From the IMG/VR virus record IMGVR_UViG_3300043464_001630, positions 62,001-126,000 of that record: 64,000 nt of DNA; one strand, 5' to 3'. The first letter of the stretch is position 1. Every line of letters begins with the position of its first letter. A program made the translations under genes and the position numbers. The notes beneath the pieces were generated by a model. It made no database searches and was not told the origin of the DNA. It saw only the letters and a list, made by a program, of their open reading frames with translations. Below, one piece after another: positions 27,092 through 37,161 of the stretch.

Positions 27092-27726
27092 GAAAATAAT
27101 AGTTGGTTTTTCTCCTCTTCACTTCTCAATACATAGTAGTGAGCTTCCATTTCTTTCTCTTTTAAGAGGGGATATTCATTAAGATTTGTTAGATGAAATT
27201 TAGCATCTGGACAGAATAGTTTAATTTTTTGAATTAGCAAATCAGTATCCACTAAATCATAAGCAGAATATCCATTTGCATTTACATGCAATTCTAAATT
27301 AGAAATTTTCTTATTTCCGATAAAATTTAAACTTTCCCAAATACTTCCTTCGAAGGATTCCCCATCGGAAATAAGGCAATAAGAAGTTTTATCAGGATTA
27401 GCCAAAGCAAATCCAACTGCTATAGGCAGTCCTAACCCAAGGCTTCCGGTAGAACAGTCTAGACGATTCTCTTCATCAAAACAAGGATGAATTCCATGCT
27501 TTTCCAAAAGGTACTCTGCATCTACCTCATAGAAATGCTCCAACACAACATACAAAGCCAACCCTGCATGTCCGTTCGATAAAACAAAACGTTCGTCGTC
27601 TTTCTTTTTGTTGTAGATATCGTATATAATTGGTAGAGAAGTCAAACAACTGCTAATGTGAGATAACTTATGATCATAAGAAATCTGAACAATACGATTT
27701 GAAAGTTTTTTTATAATATCTTCCAT
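27088..27726 (-). CDS. Transketolase-like, TPP-binding subunit
   Basis: HISSCL, FVLSNGHA, STGSLGLGLPIAVG, ISDGE..EGSIWE...NANG TPP motif. Confidence 0.92.
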   Translation of the reverse strand: MEDIIKKLSNRIVQISYDHKLSHISSCLTSLPIIYDIYNKKKDDERFVLSNGHAGLALYVVLEHFYEVDAEYLLEKHGIHPCFDEENRLDCSTGSLGLGLPIAVGFALANPDKTSYCLISDGESFEGSIWESLNFIGNKKISNLELHVNANGYSAYDLVDTDLLIQKIKLFCPDAKFHLTNLNEYPLLKEKEMEAHYYVLRSEEEKNQLLFS

Positions 27727-27728
27727 TT

Positions 27729-28439
27729 TTATAAATTTTTAAAAGCAAGCATGTTCAAATTGTTATTCAAAAATTCACTATTCATCATTTTAATCTGATA
27801 TCCCATATTAATGAATTTCTGAGCCAACTGCTCTGGATAAGAAAATGGAGGATGTATTTCGATATAGATATTATTACAAATATCCTTACATTCTTCAAAT
27901 GTCGGATCTTTCAATACAGCAGACACTTCACCGCCTTCAATGTCCAATTTCAATAAGTCAATTACAGGTTCTTTGATTACATTTTTGATAAAATTTAAAA
28001 TAGTAGTGCATCGTACCAATCTACCTGTTTCTGAAATTCGATTCGTCGTAGTATTGCTGTCGTCAATACTAAAACTACAAAATCCATGATAGTCATTAAA
28101 TGCTAAATCGTGTAGTTCGATATTAGTCAAATTGTTACTACGGCATAAGTCTTGTAGTACTTCGATATGCTCGACTGTAGGTTCGATGGCGTAAATCTTT
28201 TTAGAAACTTTATTCAAGTATAGAGAAAATAATCCAATATTTGCTCCCGCATCAATTACTACTGCATCTTTATTTTCGAAGATTTTTAAAAACTGCGGAT
28301 CGTTATAATGACCGTTATTAATTTCTCGCTCAATAATATGCTTTGAGTAAGAATTCTTATTATTATAATAATTTAGAAAAGAATTCGAACCCGACAAATC
28401 AATAGGACTATCTCCCAAAATGTTTAGTAATATACTCAT
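27729..28439 (-). CDS. FkbM-family SAM methyltransferase
   Basis: VIDAGANIGLFS, IYAIEP, IDLLKLDIEGGE. Confidence 0.92.
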   Translation of the reverse strand: MSILLNILGDSPIDLSGSNSFLNYYNNKNSYSKHIIEREINNGHYNDPQFLKIFENKDAVVIDAGANIGLFSLYLNKVSKKIYAIEPTVEHIEVLQDLCRSNNLTNIELHDLAFNDYHGFCSFSIDDSNTTTNRISETGRLVRCTTILNFIKNVIKEPVIDLLKLDIEGGEVSAVLKDPTFEECKDICNNIYIEIHPPFSYPEQLAQKFINMGYQIKMMNSEFLNNNLNMLAFKNL

Positions 28440-29250
28440 TTTGATATATTTTATACGATTCTAAACCTTTTTCAAGTGTAAACTTACTTTTAAAGTTGTA
28501 TTTTGTAGAAATATAATCTGTGTCAGCTTTCCATATCACCGAATCACATTCTTTAAATTTATCAATTAGTATACATTTTAAATCTTTATTCAAAACTTTA
28601 GAAAATATATATGCAATTTCTAAATTAGAATAAGACACTCCAGACCCTGCATTCAAAATATCTGCTTTAGTTAAACTTTTATCAGATTTTAATACCAATT
28701 CAATTAAACTAGTAAAATCTTGGATGTAGAAAAAATCATGATAACCATGTATCAAAGATACTTCTTCTCCGTTTAATATCTTTCTGTATAGCGTAGGAAT
28801 TAAACGATGTTCTGGTTCGAATTCTCCGTATATGCTAAATGGACGAACCACACAAATGTCTTTATCATATGTTCGTGCATATGCCTGTGCTAAAACCGTT
28901 CCGCATGTTTTAGTAGCTGCATATATTGTTTCTGGATTGCACACATCTGTTTCTTTCATATTATTTTGAACTTTTCCGTATTCAGAAGAAGATCCAAAAT
29001 ATATCATTTTATTCACATCATTATCACGAACATAATTAAGAATATCTAATGTCAAAACGACATTACTATCAAACATTAATTCATTTTTGTAAATTTCTCC
29101 AGCACTATGAATAATAATTTCTGGTTTAAACTCTTTTAATTTTTCGGTTACATTATCTCCTCTTTTATAACAAAAATATTCATATTGAGGAAGATAATGC
29201 ATGATAGCTTTTCCTAAAAAGCCAGAAGACCCTGTTAAAAACAATCTCAT
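28408..29250 (-). CDS. NAD-dependent epimerase/dehydratase/reductase (extended SDR)
   Basis: TGSSGFLG, GSSSEYG, YAATK, RPFSIYG. Confidence 0.92.
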   Translation of the reverse strand: MRLFLTGSSGFLGKAIMHYLPQYEYFCYKRGDNVTEKLKEFKPEIIIHSAGEIYKNELMFDSNVVLTLDILNYVRDNDVNKMIYFGSSSEYGKVQNNMKETDVCNPETIYAATKTCGTVLAQAYARTYDKDICVVRPFSIYGEFEPEHRLIPTLYRKILNGEEVSLIHGYHDFFYIQDFTSLIELVLKSDKSLTKADILNAGSGVSYSNLEIAYIFSKVLNKDLKCILIDKFKECDSVIWKADTDYISTKYNFKSKFTLEKGLESYKIYQNEYITKHFGR

Positions 29251-30074
29251 AAAGTTTCACAAATTTTAACAAGATTACGAACCGTATCAAGTTGTTTATT
29301 AGAAAATTCTTTAAAATTATCAGAAACTAAATGTAATGTCGATTTGGCATGTTCTATATTATCCATTCCGTATGCTACGCCACATCTTTTGTGAGGAAAT
29401 TTAGAGTACCATTCTTCCGCAGACATCTCTGAATCTGGTATTACAATCGGAATACAACCACACAATGCTGCTATAACCACCCAAAAACAAGCATTGTCGT
29501 AGCAATAAAAATATTCCACTTTTCTCAAAACATCACCCATAACTTTCCAATTATTTTCTAATTTAGATAGGTCAATTGCATCATCTGGATGAATTTTATT
29601 TTTCATACCACCTTTTTTTACAAAAAACGCCGATCCTTTTCTAGGTTCAGAAGATGCAAAAAAATAATCAGTATCAATAAAAGTTGTAGTTAATAATCCT
29701 CTAGACTCTGATTCATTTTTAATATGAAAATATTCGGAATATTTAAATATTAAATCTGTATCTAATTTATTAGAATAAAATCCATTAGCTCCAACTCCAG
29801 CACATTCACCCGGAGTGTTGAGAATCCATCTTACCACATTTTTAGCCTTCATTGGATTTCCTATAGTAATCTCTGGATATATAACTACTACCTCTTCTCT
29901 GGAGAACTTTTTAGCTCCTACAAATGGAGCATTTAAATCTTTATGCGTTATTTTAGAAGTGACGTATGCTTCTTCTCCCAATTCATTTAAATCATGACAC
30001 AATTTATGTAAAGCTACAATTCCTCCCGAATTGTATATAAATGTACAAATATCAATTATATATTTTTTCTTCAT
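29247..30074 (-). CDS. Putative glycosyltransferase / glycan-modifying protein
   Basis: SGGIVALHKL, VIYPE, VRWILN, FYCYD...AALCGC.PIVIP; context in sugar cluster. Confidence 0.5.
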   Translation of the reverse strand: MKKKYIIDICTFIYNSGGIVALHKLCHDLNELGEEAYVTSKITHKDLNAPFVGAKKFSREEVVVIYPEITIGNPMKAKNVVRWILNTPGECAGVGANGFYSNKLDTDLIFKYSEYFHIKNESESRGLLTTTFIDTDYFFASSEPRKGSAFFVKKGGMKNKIHPDDAIDLSKLENNWKVMGDVLRKVEYFYCYDNACFWVVIAALCGCIPIVIPDSEMSAEEWYSKFPHKRCGVAYGMDNIEHAKSTLHLVSDNFKEFSNKQLDTVRNLVKICETL

Positions 30075-31027
30075 TAGAATTTTTTAATAACAAAATTATT
30101 AGAATCAATCTCTATCTTTGATGGATTGAATTTATCAATCTTATACAAGATCTTTTTTATTAAGTCTTCGGTTAGTGTCATGTTACAATCGAACACATAA
30201 TGACCATAAACTTCTTCATCATTTTTATTGTAAAATTTAACCAAATCATTATCTACTCGAATCTGATCATCTGTCACAACTGCTAATTTTACATACTTCA
30301 AGAATTTCTTGGTGAAAGGCTCGTATCTCCACTTAGAGATGAAAGTATTACCAGATTCTCTTAATTTCTTGTGTGTTTCTTCTGTCGAAACGCCTGTGTC
30401 TGGTTTGTTTTCTCCGTGTACAATATGAGCAGACGTAACCAATGCATGTTTTAGTTTATTAACTTTTAAACAAACTTCGTAATCATTGTCTTGATGATAG
30501 AACCCAAATCTTTCGTCGTACTTTCCAATCACATCATATACCGAACGCCTACAATAAACATTGAAACCTAACAAATATTTCGTGGTTTGATATCCATAAT
30601 AGATATGATCATCTAATGGAAAATTATTGTAAGAGTTTTGATGCCATGTTCGATCTACCGGACTTGCAGACATTAATTCTGGATCTTTCTCGAACTCTTT
30701 TAGAATATTACCGACACAATTTGGTAATACTTTCAAATCACTATTTGAAATACAAATAAATTCAGAATCACAATGTTCTAATGCAATGTTTAAAAATTTG
30801 TTGTAGTTAAAATCAAATTCTGGACAAATTGCTAAAATTTTATCAGAAACCGAAGACCATACAGATAAATCAAAATTTTTATTAGATTCTACCAATACGA
30901 TACGCTTAATGAAGCGATCCCCGTCTTGTAAAGAAGACTCTACACATTTCTTCACCATTTGGAAATGTGCTTCATCTTTAGCTAAAGAAAGTACGATAAT
31001 ATCAAGATTTTCCATAAGATAAAACAA
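30074..31027 (-). CDS. GT2-like glycosyltransferase
   Basis: YNKFLNIA, CISNSDL, IGKYDERFGFYHQDNDY. Confidence 0.8.
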   Translation of the reverse strand: MFYLMENLDIIVLSLAKDEAHFQMVKKCVESSLQDGDRFIKRIVLVESNKNFDLSVWSSVSDKILAICPEFDFNYNKFLNIALEHCDSEFICISNSDLKVLPNCVGNILKEFEKDPELMSASPVDRTWHQNSYNNFPLDDHIYYGYQTTKYLLGFNVYCRRSVYDVIGKYDERFGFYHQDNDYEVCLKVNKLKHALVTSAHIVHGENKPDTGVSTEETHKKLRESGNTFISKWRYEPFTKKFLKYVKLAVVTDDQIRVDNDLVKFYNKNDEEVYGHYVFDCNMTLTEDLIKKILYKIDKFNPSKIEIDSNNFVIKKF

Positions 31028-31736
31028 GCGAGTTCAAGCAACTCGTTTCTTTTTTATAATTTTCTAAAACTTGTAATCCATAATTATAGAGAGCTTTGTT
31101 ATTGTGTGTTCCCGAAACATCATTATCAATATCACCATCAGAATCACCGAATCTATTCACTCTCCACGACATTCCTTCATAATGTTTAAAATAGTATGGT
31201 TCTGCTTTAACTTCGCCAATTCTTAATCCAGATTTTTTAATGTCTTCAAAAAAAGAAGATCCAACATCATAACGAATTTCTCCTCGGCTTCTTAAACGTT
31301 CTTCATCATAAAACTTAATACCCTTCGACTTGATGTTCTTAACATTGATGAAACAAAACCAAGGATGCGCTCGTTTATGTAAACGCTTTCCTCCACGATC
31401 ACCTACGATTTCTCCCATTAAACTCAAATCATTATTTTTAAAAGATTCGAATAATTCTGAACAAGATCTGAAGAATACCACATCTGTATCTACTAAAAGT
31501 GCATAATCTGTATCAACTTTTTCTAATAAAAGATCCACAGATGATCCATGCAATCCTCCTGAGTTTAGAAAAAATGGTACATTTCCTTTTTCTAAAATAT
31601 CTTTTGTTTCAGTATTAGTAGAATTTTCAGAAATTAAAATTTTTGTATCAGGATGAATGTTCAAAAATGATTTGAGCATGTTCTCCGTAACTAACGGAGT
31701 ATTATAAGAGCAAGAAATTAAGGTAAGGTTATTCAT
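31002..31736 (-). CDS. GT-A-fold glycosyltransferase
   Basis: ISCSYNT, HG..VDL, ALLVDTDVVF (DxD). Confidence 0.7.
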   Translation of the reverse strand: MNNLTLISCSYNTPLVTENMLKSFLNIHPDTKILISENSTNTETKDILEKGNVPFFLNSGGLHGSSVDLLLEKVDTDYALLVDTDVVFFRSCSELFESFKNNDLSLMGEIVGDRGGKRLHKRAHPWFCFINVKNIKSKGIKFYDEERLRSRGEIRYDVGSSFFEDIKKSGLRIGEVKAEPYYFKHYEGMSWRVNRFGDSDGDIDNDVSGTHNNKALYNYGLQVLENYKKETSCLNSLVLSYGKS

Positions 31737-32518
31737 TTATTTTTGTAAATTTGTTTAAGTGTATTTTGCACCATATCAATGGATACTGAGGGGATTTTCA
31801 ATAATTCTTCTCCGTGTTTTTTATGAAAATAATTAAGTCCCCTTAGTACTGTTTCATTGTGTTTTGGAGAAGACGAAATAGTACTGGTACTCACAGACCA
31901 AGGAATATCAGCCAAATACTTGTTGGAATTTGCTATATCAGCAAACCACCAAAAAGGAGGATGCATATCATTCTTAATAATATTATAGGTATGTTCTAAA
32001 TGCTCCGTCGCATTGAAGAAATTTTCATCCATCAATCCTACTTTATCCAAACACTTCTTTGTGTAAAAGCAAAATGCCCCCACACAATGGGGATAAAGCT
32101 CAACAGAGACATCATTTTTATAATCAATCTTAACTCTCGGATTTGGCGTTTCTGAATTCGGGAATTTATTCATCAATCCATGTTGACTGTAATTGAAATG
32201 CTGAATTCCAGTTTCCTTAGAAGCATTTATATATCTCTCAAATACCGAAGAATCTTTGATAATAATATCATCTTCCATTAAGAAGATATATTCACATCCC
32301 TTTTCTAAAAGATGCTTCATTGCATCGTTTTTACTAACTCCAATTCCTTTATTCGTTTCGTGCTGAATTAAAGTCGCATCAATATCGAAATCATAAGGAG
32401 TTCCGTCATTTACTACCACAAGTTCATGTACTGCTTCTTTAGGAACAGAAGAGAAAATCTTTTTAAAATAATCAGGACGTTTATACGTCATGATTCCTAA
32501 ACCAATTTTATTAGACAT
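31733..32518 (-). CDS. GT2 glycosyltransferase
   Basis: IMTYKRP, VVVNDGT, NKGIGVSKN, FLMEDDI, KVGLMDENF. Confidence 0.88.
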   Translation of the reverse strand: MSNKIGLGIMTYKRPDYFKKIFSSVPKEAVHELVVVNDGTPYDFDIDATLIQHETNKGIGVSKNDAMKHLLEKGCEYIFLMEDDIIIKDSSVFERYINASKETGIQHFNYSQHGLMNKFPNSETPNPRVKIDYKNDVSVELYPHCVGAFCFYTKKCLDKVGLMDENFFNATEHLEHTYNIIKNDMHPPFWWFADIANSNKYLADIPWSVSTSTISSSPKHNETVLRGLNYFHKKHGEELLKIPSVSIDMVQNTLKQIYKNK

Positions 32519-32532
32519 AATGTAATTATAAA

Positions 32533-33480
32533 CTAAAATGAATAAAATTCAATAGTTTTCATTAATCCGTCAATAAAATTAGTTTTAGGAGTCCAGTTTA
32601 ATTCGTTCTTAATTTTACTGAAATCAATGGCATACCTATAATCATGTCCTTTTCTGTCTTCTACGTATTCAATAACATCGCCTACTTTAACGTCCATCAA
32701 ACAACATACTGTTTGTAAAATCTGTAGGTTATTTCGTTCGCAATCTCCTCCGATGTTATAAGATTCTCCGTCTTTACCATTCTTTAGAATTTCCCAAATT
32801 CCATCACAATGGTCATCTACATACAGCCAATCGCGGATGTTCTGACCGTTTCCATAAATAGGAACTTTCTTTCCTTCGCGGATGTTTTTAATAATTTTGG
32901 GAATTAGCTTTTCCTCGTGTTGACGAGGTCCATAATTGTTCGAACAATTAGACATCGTAACAGGAAGCTTATAAGTATGATGATAACTGTTCACTAAATG
33001 ATCACTAGCTGCTTTTGATGCCGAATATGGCGAGCGTGGACTATATGGCGTGGTTTCGGTAAAATACCCAATATCTGTTAATGAACCGAATACTTCATCA
33101 GTAGAAATGTGGTGAAATCTTTCCAAGTTTCCGTATTTTCTACTAGCTTCTAACAGAGAAAATGTACCATTAATATTTGTTTTGATAAACTTGTCGGGAT
33201 TAGCGATAGAATTATCTACGTGACTCTCTGCTGCGAAATGAACCACGTGTGTAATTTTATTAACATACAACAAACTTTCCATCAAATGAGTATCATTGAT
33301 ATCAGCTTCTACGTTGATTAACTTGTAATTTAAAATATTATCTACATTTAAATTATCTTTATTTCCTGCATAAGTACAAGAATCTACATTAACTACAACG
33401 TTAACTTCCGGAAGATTTATAATCTTATTAATGAAGTTACTTCCGATAAATCCGTATCCTCCAGTTACTAGAATTTTCAT
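32533..33480 (-). CDS. rmlB: dTDP-glucose 4,6-dehydratase
   Basis: Start MKILVTGGYGFIGSNF at 33480; HFAAESHVDNSI, HISTDEVFG, PRSPYSASKA, NCSNNYGPRQHEEKLIP, RKGHDYRYAID. Confidence 0.97.
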   Translation of the reverse strand: MKILVTGGYGFIGSNFINKIINLPEVNVVVNVDSCTYAGNKDNLNVDNILNYKLINVEADINDTHLMESLLYVNKITHVVHFAAESHVDNSIANPDKFIKTNINGTFSLLEASRKYGNLERFHHISTDEVFGSLTDIGYFTETTPYSPRSPYSASKAASDHLVNSYHHTYKLPVTMSNCSNNYGPRQHEEKLIPKIIKNIREGKKVPIYGNGQNIRDWLYVDDHCDGIWEILKNGKDGESYNIGGDCERNNLQILQTVCCLMDVKVGDVIEYVEDRKGHDYRYAIDFSKIKNELNWTPKTNFIDGLMKTIEFYSF

Positions 33481-33513
33481 CCTAAAATTTATCAGTTTGT
33501 CTAAATAATTCAA

Positions 33514-34134
33514 ATGGCTAATGAAGTATTCATAAATATTAAAGATTTACCAGAAATAACAGAACCAGCTAATGGAGAATATCTATTAATAGAGACTTCT
33601 ACTGGTACTCATATTATAGATTTTGCTAATTTCATTATACCAACTGCAAATACCGTAATTACTACAACAGTAGAACAGAATACTACCGCAATTTTAAATC
33701 TGTCTTCTGCTTACACTAGCGGAGACGATTCACTTTCTGCTAGTATTGATACTACTAATACAAAATTAGAAACATTATCCACTTCTACTCTAGAATTATC
33801 TAGTACTGTCGGAACTTTCCAAAATGTTTATATTGGAAAAACACAAATAACCATTCCTTTTGGTGGATTTCAAGCATCTAATATATTATCTCCTCTGTCT
33901 ACTTCTGTAAATCTACTAGCCAGTGATTTGATCATCACTCCAGCAAATCAATATGCCACAAAACAAAGTGCATATGTAACAACTATTGATAACGGAGTAG
34001 TGACAATAAAAGGAGGGTTTTACAAACTTTATGCCAATATTTCAGCATTAAGCAGTAAAACCCTCATAACTTCAGAGGAAGGATTAGCAGAAGAAGATGC
34101 TATCTATAATGTAATGGCAATTAAGAAAGTTTAG
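33514..34134 (+). CDS. Putative fibre/decoration protein
   Basis: N-terminal IKDLPEIT..ANGEYLLI module, S/T-rich coiled-coil middle; TAAATA-N6-ATG. Confidence 0.55.
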   Translation: MANEVFINIKDLPEITEPANGEYLLIETSTGTHIIDFANFIIPTANTVITTTVEQNTTAILNLSSAYTSGDDSLSASIDTTNTKLETLSTSTLELSSTVGTFQNVYIGKTQITIPFGGFQASNILSPLSTSVNLLASDLIITPANQYATKQSAYVTTIDNGVVTIKGGFYKLYANISALSSKTLITSEEGLAEEDAIYNVMAIKKV

Positions 34135-34882
34135 TCTTCTTAACGAAATCACGAATAAGTTCTTCTTGTTCTTTGATGTGCTTTTCTTTTCTGTCTTCTT
34201 CGACTTGTTGACTGATCAATCTTTCCAAGTCTTCGATGTTTTCTGGATTTAGAATAGTGTCGTCTTCTTCTCCGTAAACATTACCTGTTTCATCTAAGTA
34301 TTGACGAATCAATAGAATACGCTCTTCTGGCTTACCGAAAATTTCAATAATAGCAGGACAATCGTCTGCTGAAAAGAAAGGTGTCTTTCCTAAAGAATGT
34401 TGGTATTCGTGAAACAATGCCTTAAAGATGTTATCAATTTCCCCAATATACTGAGGATCGGTTTCTCGCTTTCCGTTATCAACAATTTCAACTGGTGAAA
34501 CTGCTGTGATAGGAATGAAGAAAATTAAGTCTAAATTCTTTAGAGATTCCTTAACAATAGGAATCATTTTATCGATGAATTGCTTATCGATGTCAGAAGT
34601 TTCCATTTCCGCAGCCCACAATGAAAACACCAAACAATCTAACGGATTTCGGTCAAAAATAACGTCATCCGTCTTAGAATACTTCTGCATTTCATCAATC
34701 ATATGATTGAGAATAGCCCACTGTCCTTCTTTATTGCAGTTCTTACTATGGGGATAGTTCCCAGACTTCAGAAGATCTCTGTAAGAGGATTCTGGAGTTT
34801 TGTAATTAGGCCAAGCTCTTAAAAAGTCATTTACTAATGTGGTTTTACCAACATTGATACTTCCTGAAATTCCAATTCGCAT
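34121..34882 (-). CDS. P-loop nucleotide kinase (AAA_28/NadR-kinase-like)
   Basis: RIGISGSINVGKTTL Walker A; IFDRNPLD. Confidence 0.8.
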   Translation of the reverse strand: MRIGISGSINVGKTTLVNDFLRAWPNYKTPESSYRDLLKSGNYPHSKNCNKEGQWAILNHMIDEMQKYSKTDDVIFDRNPLDCLVFSLWAAEMETSDIDKQFIDKMIPIVKESLKNLDLIFFIPITAVSPVEIVDNGKRETDPQYIGEIDNIFKALFHEYQHSLGKTPFFSADDCPAIIEIFGKPEERILLIRQYLDETGNVYGEEDDTILNPENIEDLERLISQQVEEDRKEKHIKEQEELIRDFVKKTKLS

Positions 34883-34899
34883 AAGTTATTATCTTACTA

Positions 34900-35310
34900 C
34901 TAAAGTTCTGGATTTTCAAGGCGTTTCTTCCTCTCTTTAATCTTTTCGTAGCTTTTCTGTAAACCCCAAATGTCGCGTTTTGTATAATTACAGAGAGGAT
35001 ATTTGTGGGCATCTTCAATTTTAGCCCAAATATATCCATCATGTTCATCACTTAACTTAACAGGAGAAGCATAAGCTCCTCCTTTATATAAGCAGAAATT
35101 AGGTTTACAAAAAATAATCTTAGACCAAGAAATAGTCAAACCTGTCTCTTCTTTGACTTCACGATTCAATCCTTGAGTAAATGTTTCGTTGTTCTTGATA
35201 TGACCACCGGGAAGATGGAACTTCTTCAAATGTTTAGACATTAATAGAAGAACCTTATCTTTATTCAAGATCAAAATTTTGGCAATTTTATTAGTATCAT
35301 TATCATCCAT
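34900..35310 (-). CDS. NUDIX hydrolase
   Basis: LPGGHIKNNETFTQGLNREVKEETGL Nudix box; LSDEH. Confidence 0.93.
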   Translation of the reverse strand: MDDNDTNKIAKILILNKDKVLLLMSKHLKKFHLPGGHIKNNETFTQGLNREVKEETGLTISWSKIIFCKPNFCLYKGGAYASPVKLSDEHDGYIWAKIEDAHKYPLCNYTKRDIWGLQKSYEKIKERKKRLENPEL

Positions 35311-35392
35311 GAATGGATTATAACAGCCAAGGATGATAGAATCAACGTTTTATTTGTGCTTACAAACGGTACATTTTTGCTAAATAATATTG

Positions 35393-36151
35393 ATGGCAAA
35401 AAAAGTTCGTAAACGCGAAGTCGTGGAGAATATCGAAGAAGATATACTCCTTCATGGTTTAGAAGACACCCACAAAAAAGAACTATTTTGTAATTTCAAA
35501 ATAACAAATAACTTCAAACTAAATGAAGTACATAATTCATTTTTAGAACTAGTTTTGTATAAAGATACAAAAATGGTTTTTGTGGACGGCCCAGCAGGAA
35601 GTGGTAAGAGTTATCTTGCCGTATATGCAGCATTACAATTACTGAAGAAAAAACAAACAAATAAAATAATTTATATTCGTTCAATAGCAGAAAGCGCATC
35701 AAAAAGTATCGGAAGTTTACCCGGAGAGCTATCTGTCCGATTTCAGCCTTGGACACTACCATTGATCGAGAAAGTCGAGGAATTAGTAGGTTCTAAAATA
35801 GGAGGAGAACTTATGAGAAATGGATTTATCGAAAGTATTCCAATCAATTTCGTAAGAGGTCTAACATTTAGAGATTCTGTTGTGATTCTCGAAGAGTCAC
35901 AAAATTTCACAAAAGAAGAACTAGTGACAGCACTTACTAGATTTGGAGAAAATACAAAATATATAGTAATCGGAGACAGCTTTCAATCAGATATTGCAAA
36001 CAAATCAGGTTTTAACAAAATTCGTGATGCATTCGATGACGAGGAAAGTGAGGCAAAAGGAATTCATAATTTCACATTCACTGAAAACGAAGTAGTGCGG
36101 TCTCAAATATTACGATTTATTGTTAAAAAATTGGAGAATTCTCCGCATTAA
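35393..36151 (+). CDS. phoH: PhoH-family ATPase
   Basis: GPAGSGKSYLA, F.RGLTFRDS.VILEESQN, GD..QSD, VVRS. Confidence 0.93.
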   Translation: MAKKVRKREVVENIEEDILLHGLEDTHKKELFCNFKITNNFKLNEVHNSFLELVLYKDTKMVFVDGPAGSGKSYLAVYAALQLLKKKQTNKIIYIRSIAESASKSIGSLPGELSVRFQPWTLPLIEKVEELVGSKIGGELMRNGFIESIPINFVRGLTFRDSVVILEESQNFTKEELVTALTRFGENTKYIVIGDSFQSDIANKSGFNKIRDAFDDEESEAKGIHNFTFTENEVVRSQILRFIVKKLENSPH

Positions 36152-36410
36152 TACTCTTTTCTAATTCTAGCAATTCTTTCATCGCTTCTTCGATAGAAAC
36201 CACTTTCAGATCATTTTGTTTATTAGGTGGTCTGTTAGTGGGTTCTTCGAATTGTTTAGTCAATTCGTTTATTTTAGAAAAAACGCTATTTTCTAATTTT
36301 CTAAAAGCAGGATCACGTTCATACACCGCACCGAAAGAACCTCCAGCAGATCCAGCTCGTACAGATCCTCTTGGTTGTACTTGTGAAGTATATACTTTCT
36401 CCAAGTCCAT
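36123..36410 (-). CDS. Hypothetical protein
   Basis: 95-aa ORF continuing the minus-strand run. Confidence 0.6.
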   Translation of the reverse strand: MDLEKVYTSQVQPRGSVRAGSAGGSFGAVYERDPAFRKLENSVFSKINELTKQFEEPTNRPPNKQNDLKVVSIEEAMKELLELEKSINAENSPIF

Positions 36411-36413
36411 GTT

Positions 36414-37157
36414 TTAAAAACTTATTTGTTGATTTTGTTTTGCCAAAATATACATCCACAAAATCTTTTTACCTAAAATATCTTTTGTTGGGCGGGTATC
36501 TTTAAATAAAGATTCTACATATTTCACAAGATCCGACCAAACTTCATTAGGATTCAATTTCGTTTTAGTCTTTTGATCTCTTTCAAAGTCTTCAATTTCC
36601 TTAGTTATATAAGGAATATAAGTATTTTCCAAAGTTCTTACTTTAATTTGTTTATTTAAATCATTACTAATAAACAATTGACTAATTCTTCTATCTTGTT
36701 TTAAGAAATTTTTTAGTTGCTTGTATGTCAAAACATAATTACCAATACTAGGAAAACTGAATCGAACATACTTGTTAGCAGTAAAATACTTATCTTGTAT
36801 CTGTTTTATTATTTTATTAGAATTATAAGAACTTTTTTGTTCGTTTTCTTCATCCTTGTCTTGTCCTACAAATGGATTATACTTATCACTTTTAAAAGGA
36901 TCTGTAATATCTTTATACAAACGCTTTCCTACTGCTTTTAAAGCTCCTCCTACCGCATCAAAAAACCCTTCGTTTTGCAGTGTATATTGTTTCAGTAACT
37001 TTTCATAAGTCTTTTCAAATTCTTTCTCTGCCAATACAAATCCTACGTATTCCTTAAAATGAGTAATTTCTCCGTTCTTACATGCGGCAGGATCTACCTT
37101 CATAGTAACCTTCATCATCTCGTGTTTCTTCTGAATAAGATCCGAAAACTTGCTCAT
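36414..37157 (-). CDS. Hypothetical late protein
   Basis: 247-aa ORF, TAAATA-N5-ATG. Confidence 0.7.
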   Translation of the reverse strand: MSKFSDLIQKKHEMMKVTMKVDPAACKNGEITHFKEYVGFVLAEKEFEKTYEKLLKQYTLQNEGFFDAVGGALKAVGKRLYKDITDPFKSDKYNPFVGQDKDEENEQKSSYNSNKIIKQIQDKYFTANKYVRFSFPSIGNYVLTYKQLKNFLKQDRRISQLFISNDLNKQIKVRTLENTYIPYITKEIEDFERDQKTKTKLNPNEVWSDLVKYVESLFKDTRPTKDILGKKILWMYILAKQNQQISF

Positions 37158-37161
37158 AACA

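Noticed and set aside
26615-27726. Transketolase as a pentose-phosphate auxiliary metabolic gene
   Set aside because: Truncated two-subunit form embedded in an NDP-sugar cluster, with no talC, zwf or gnd nearby
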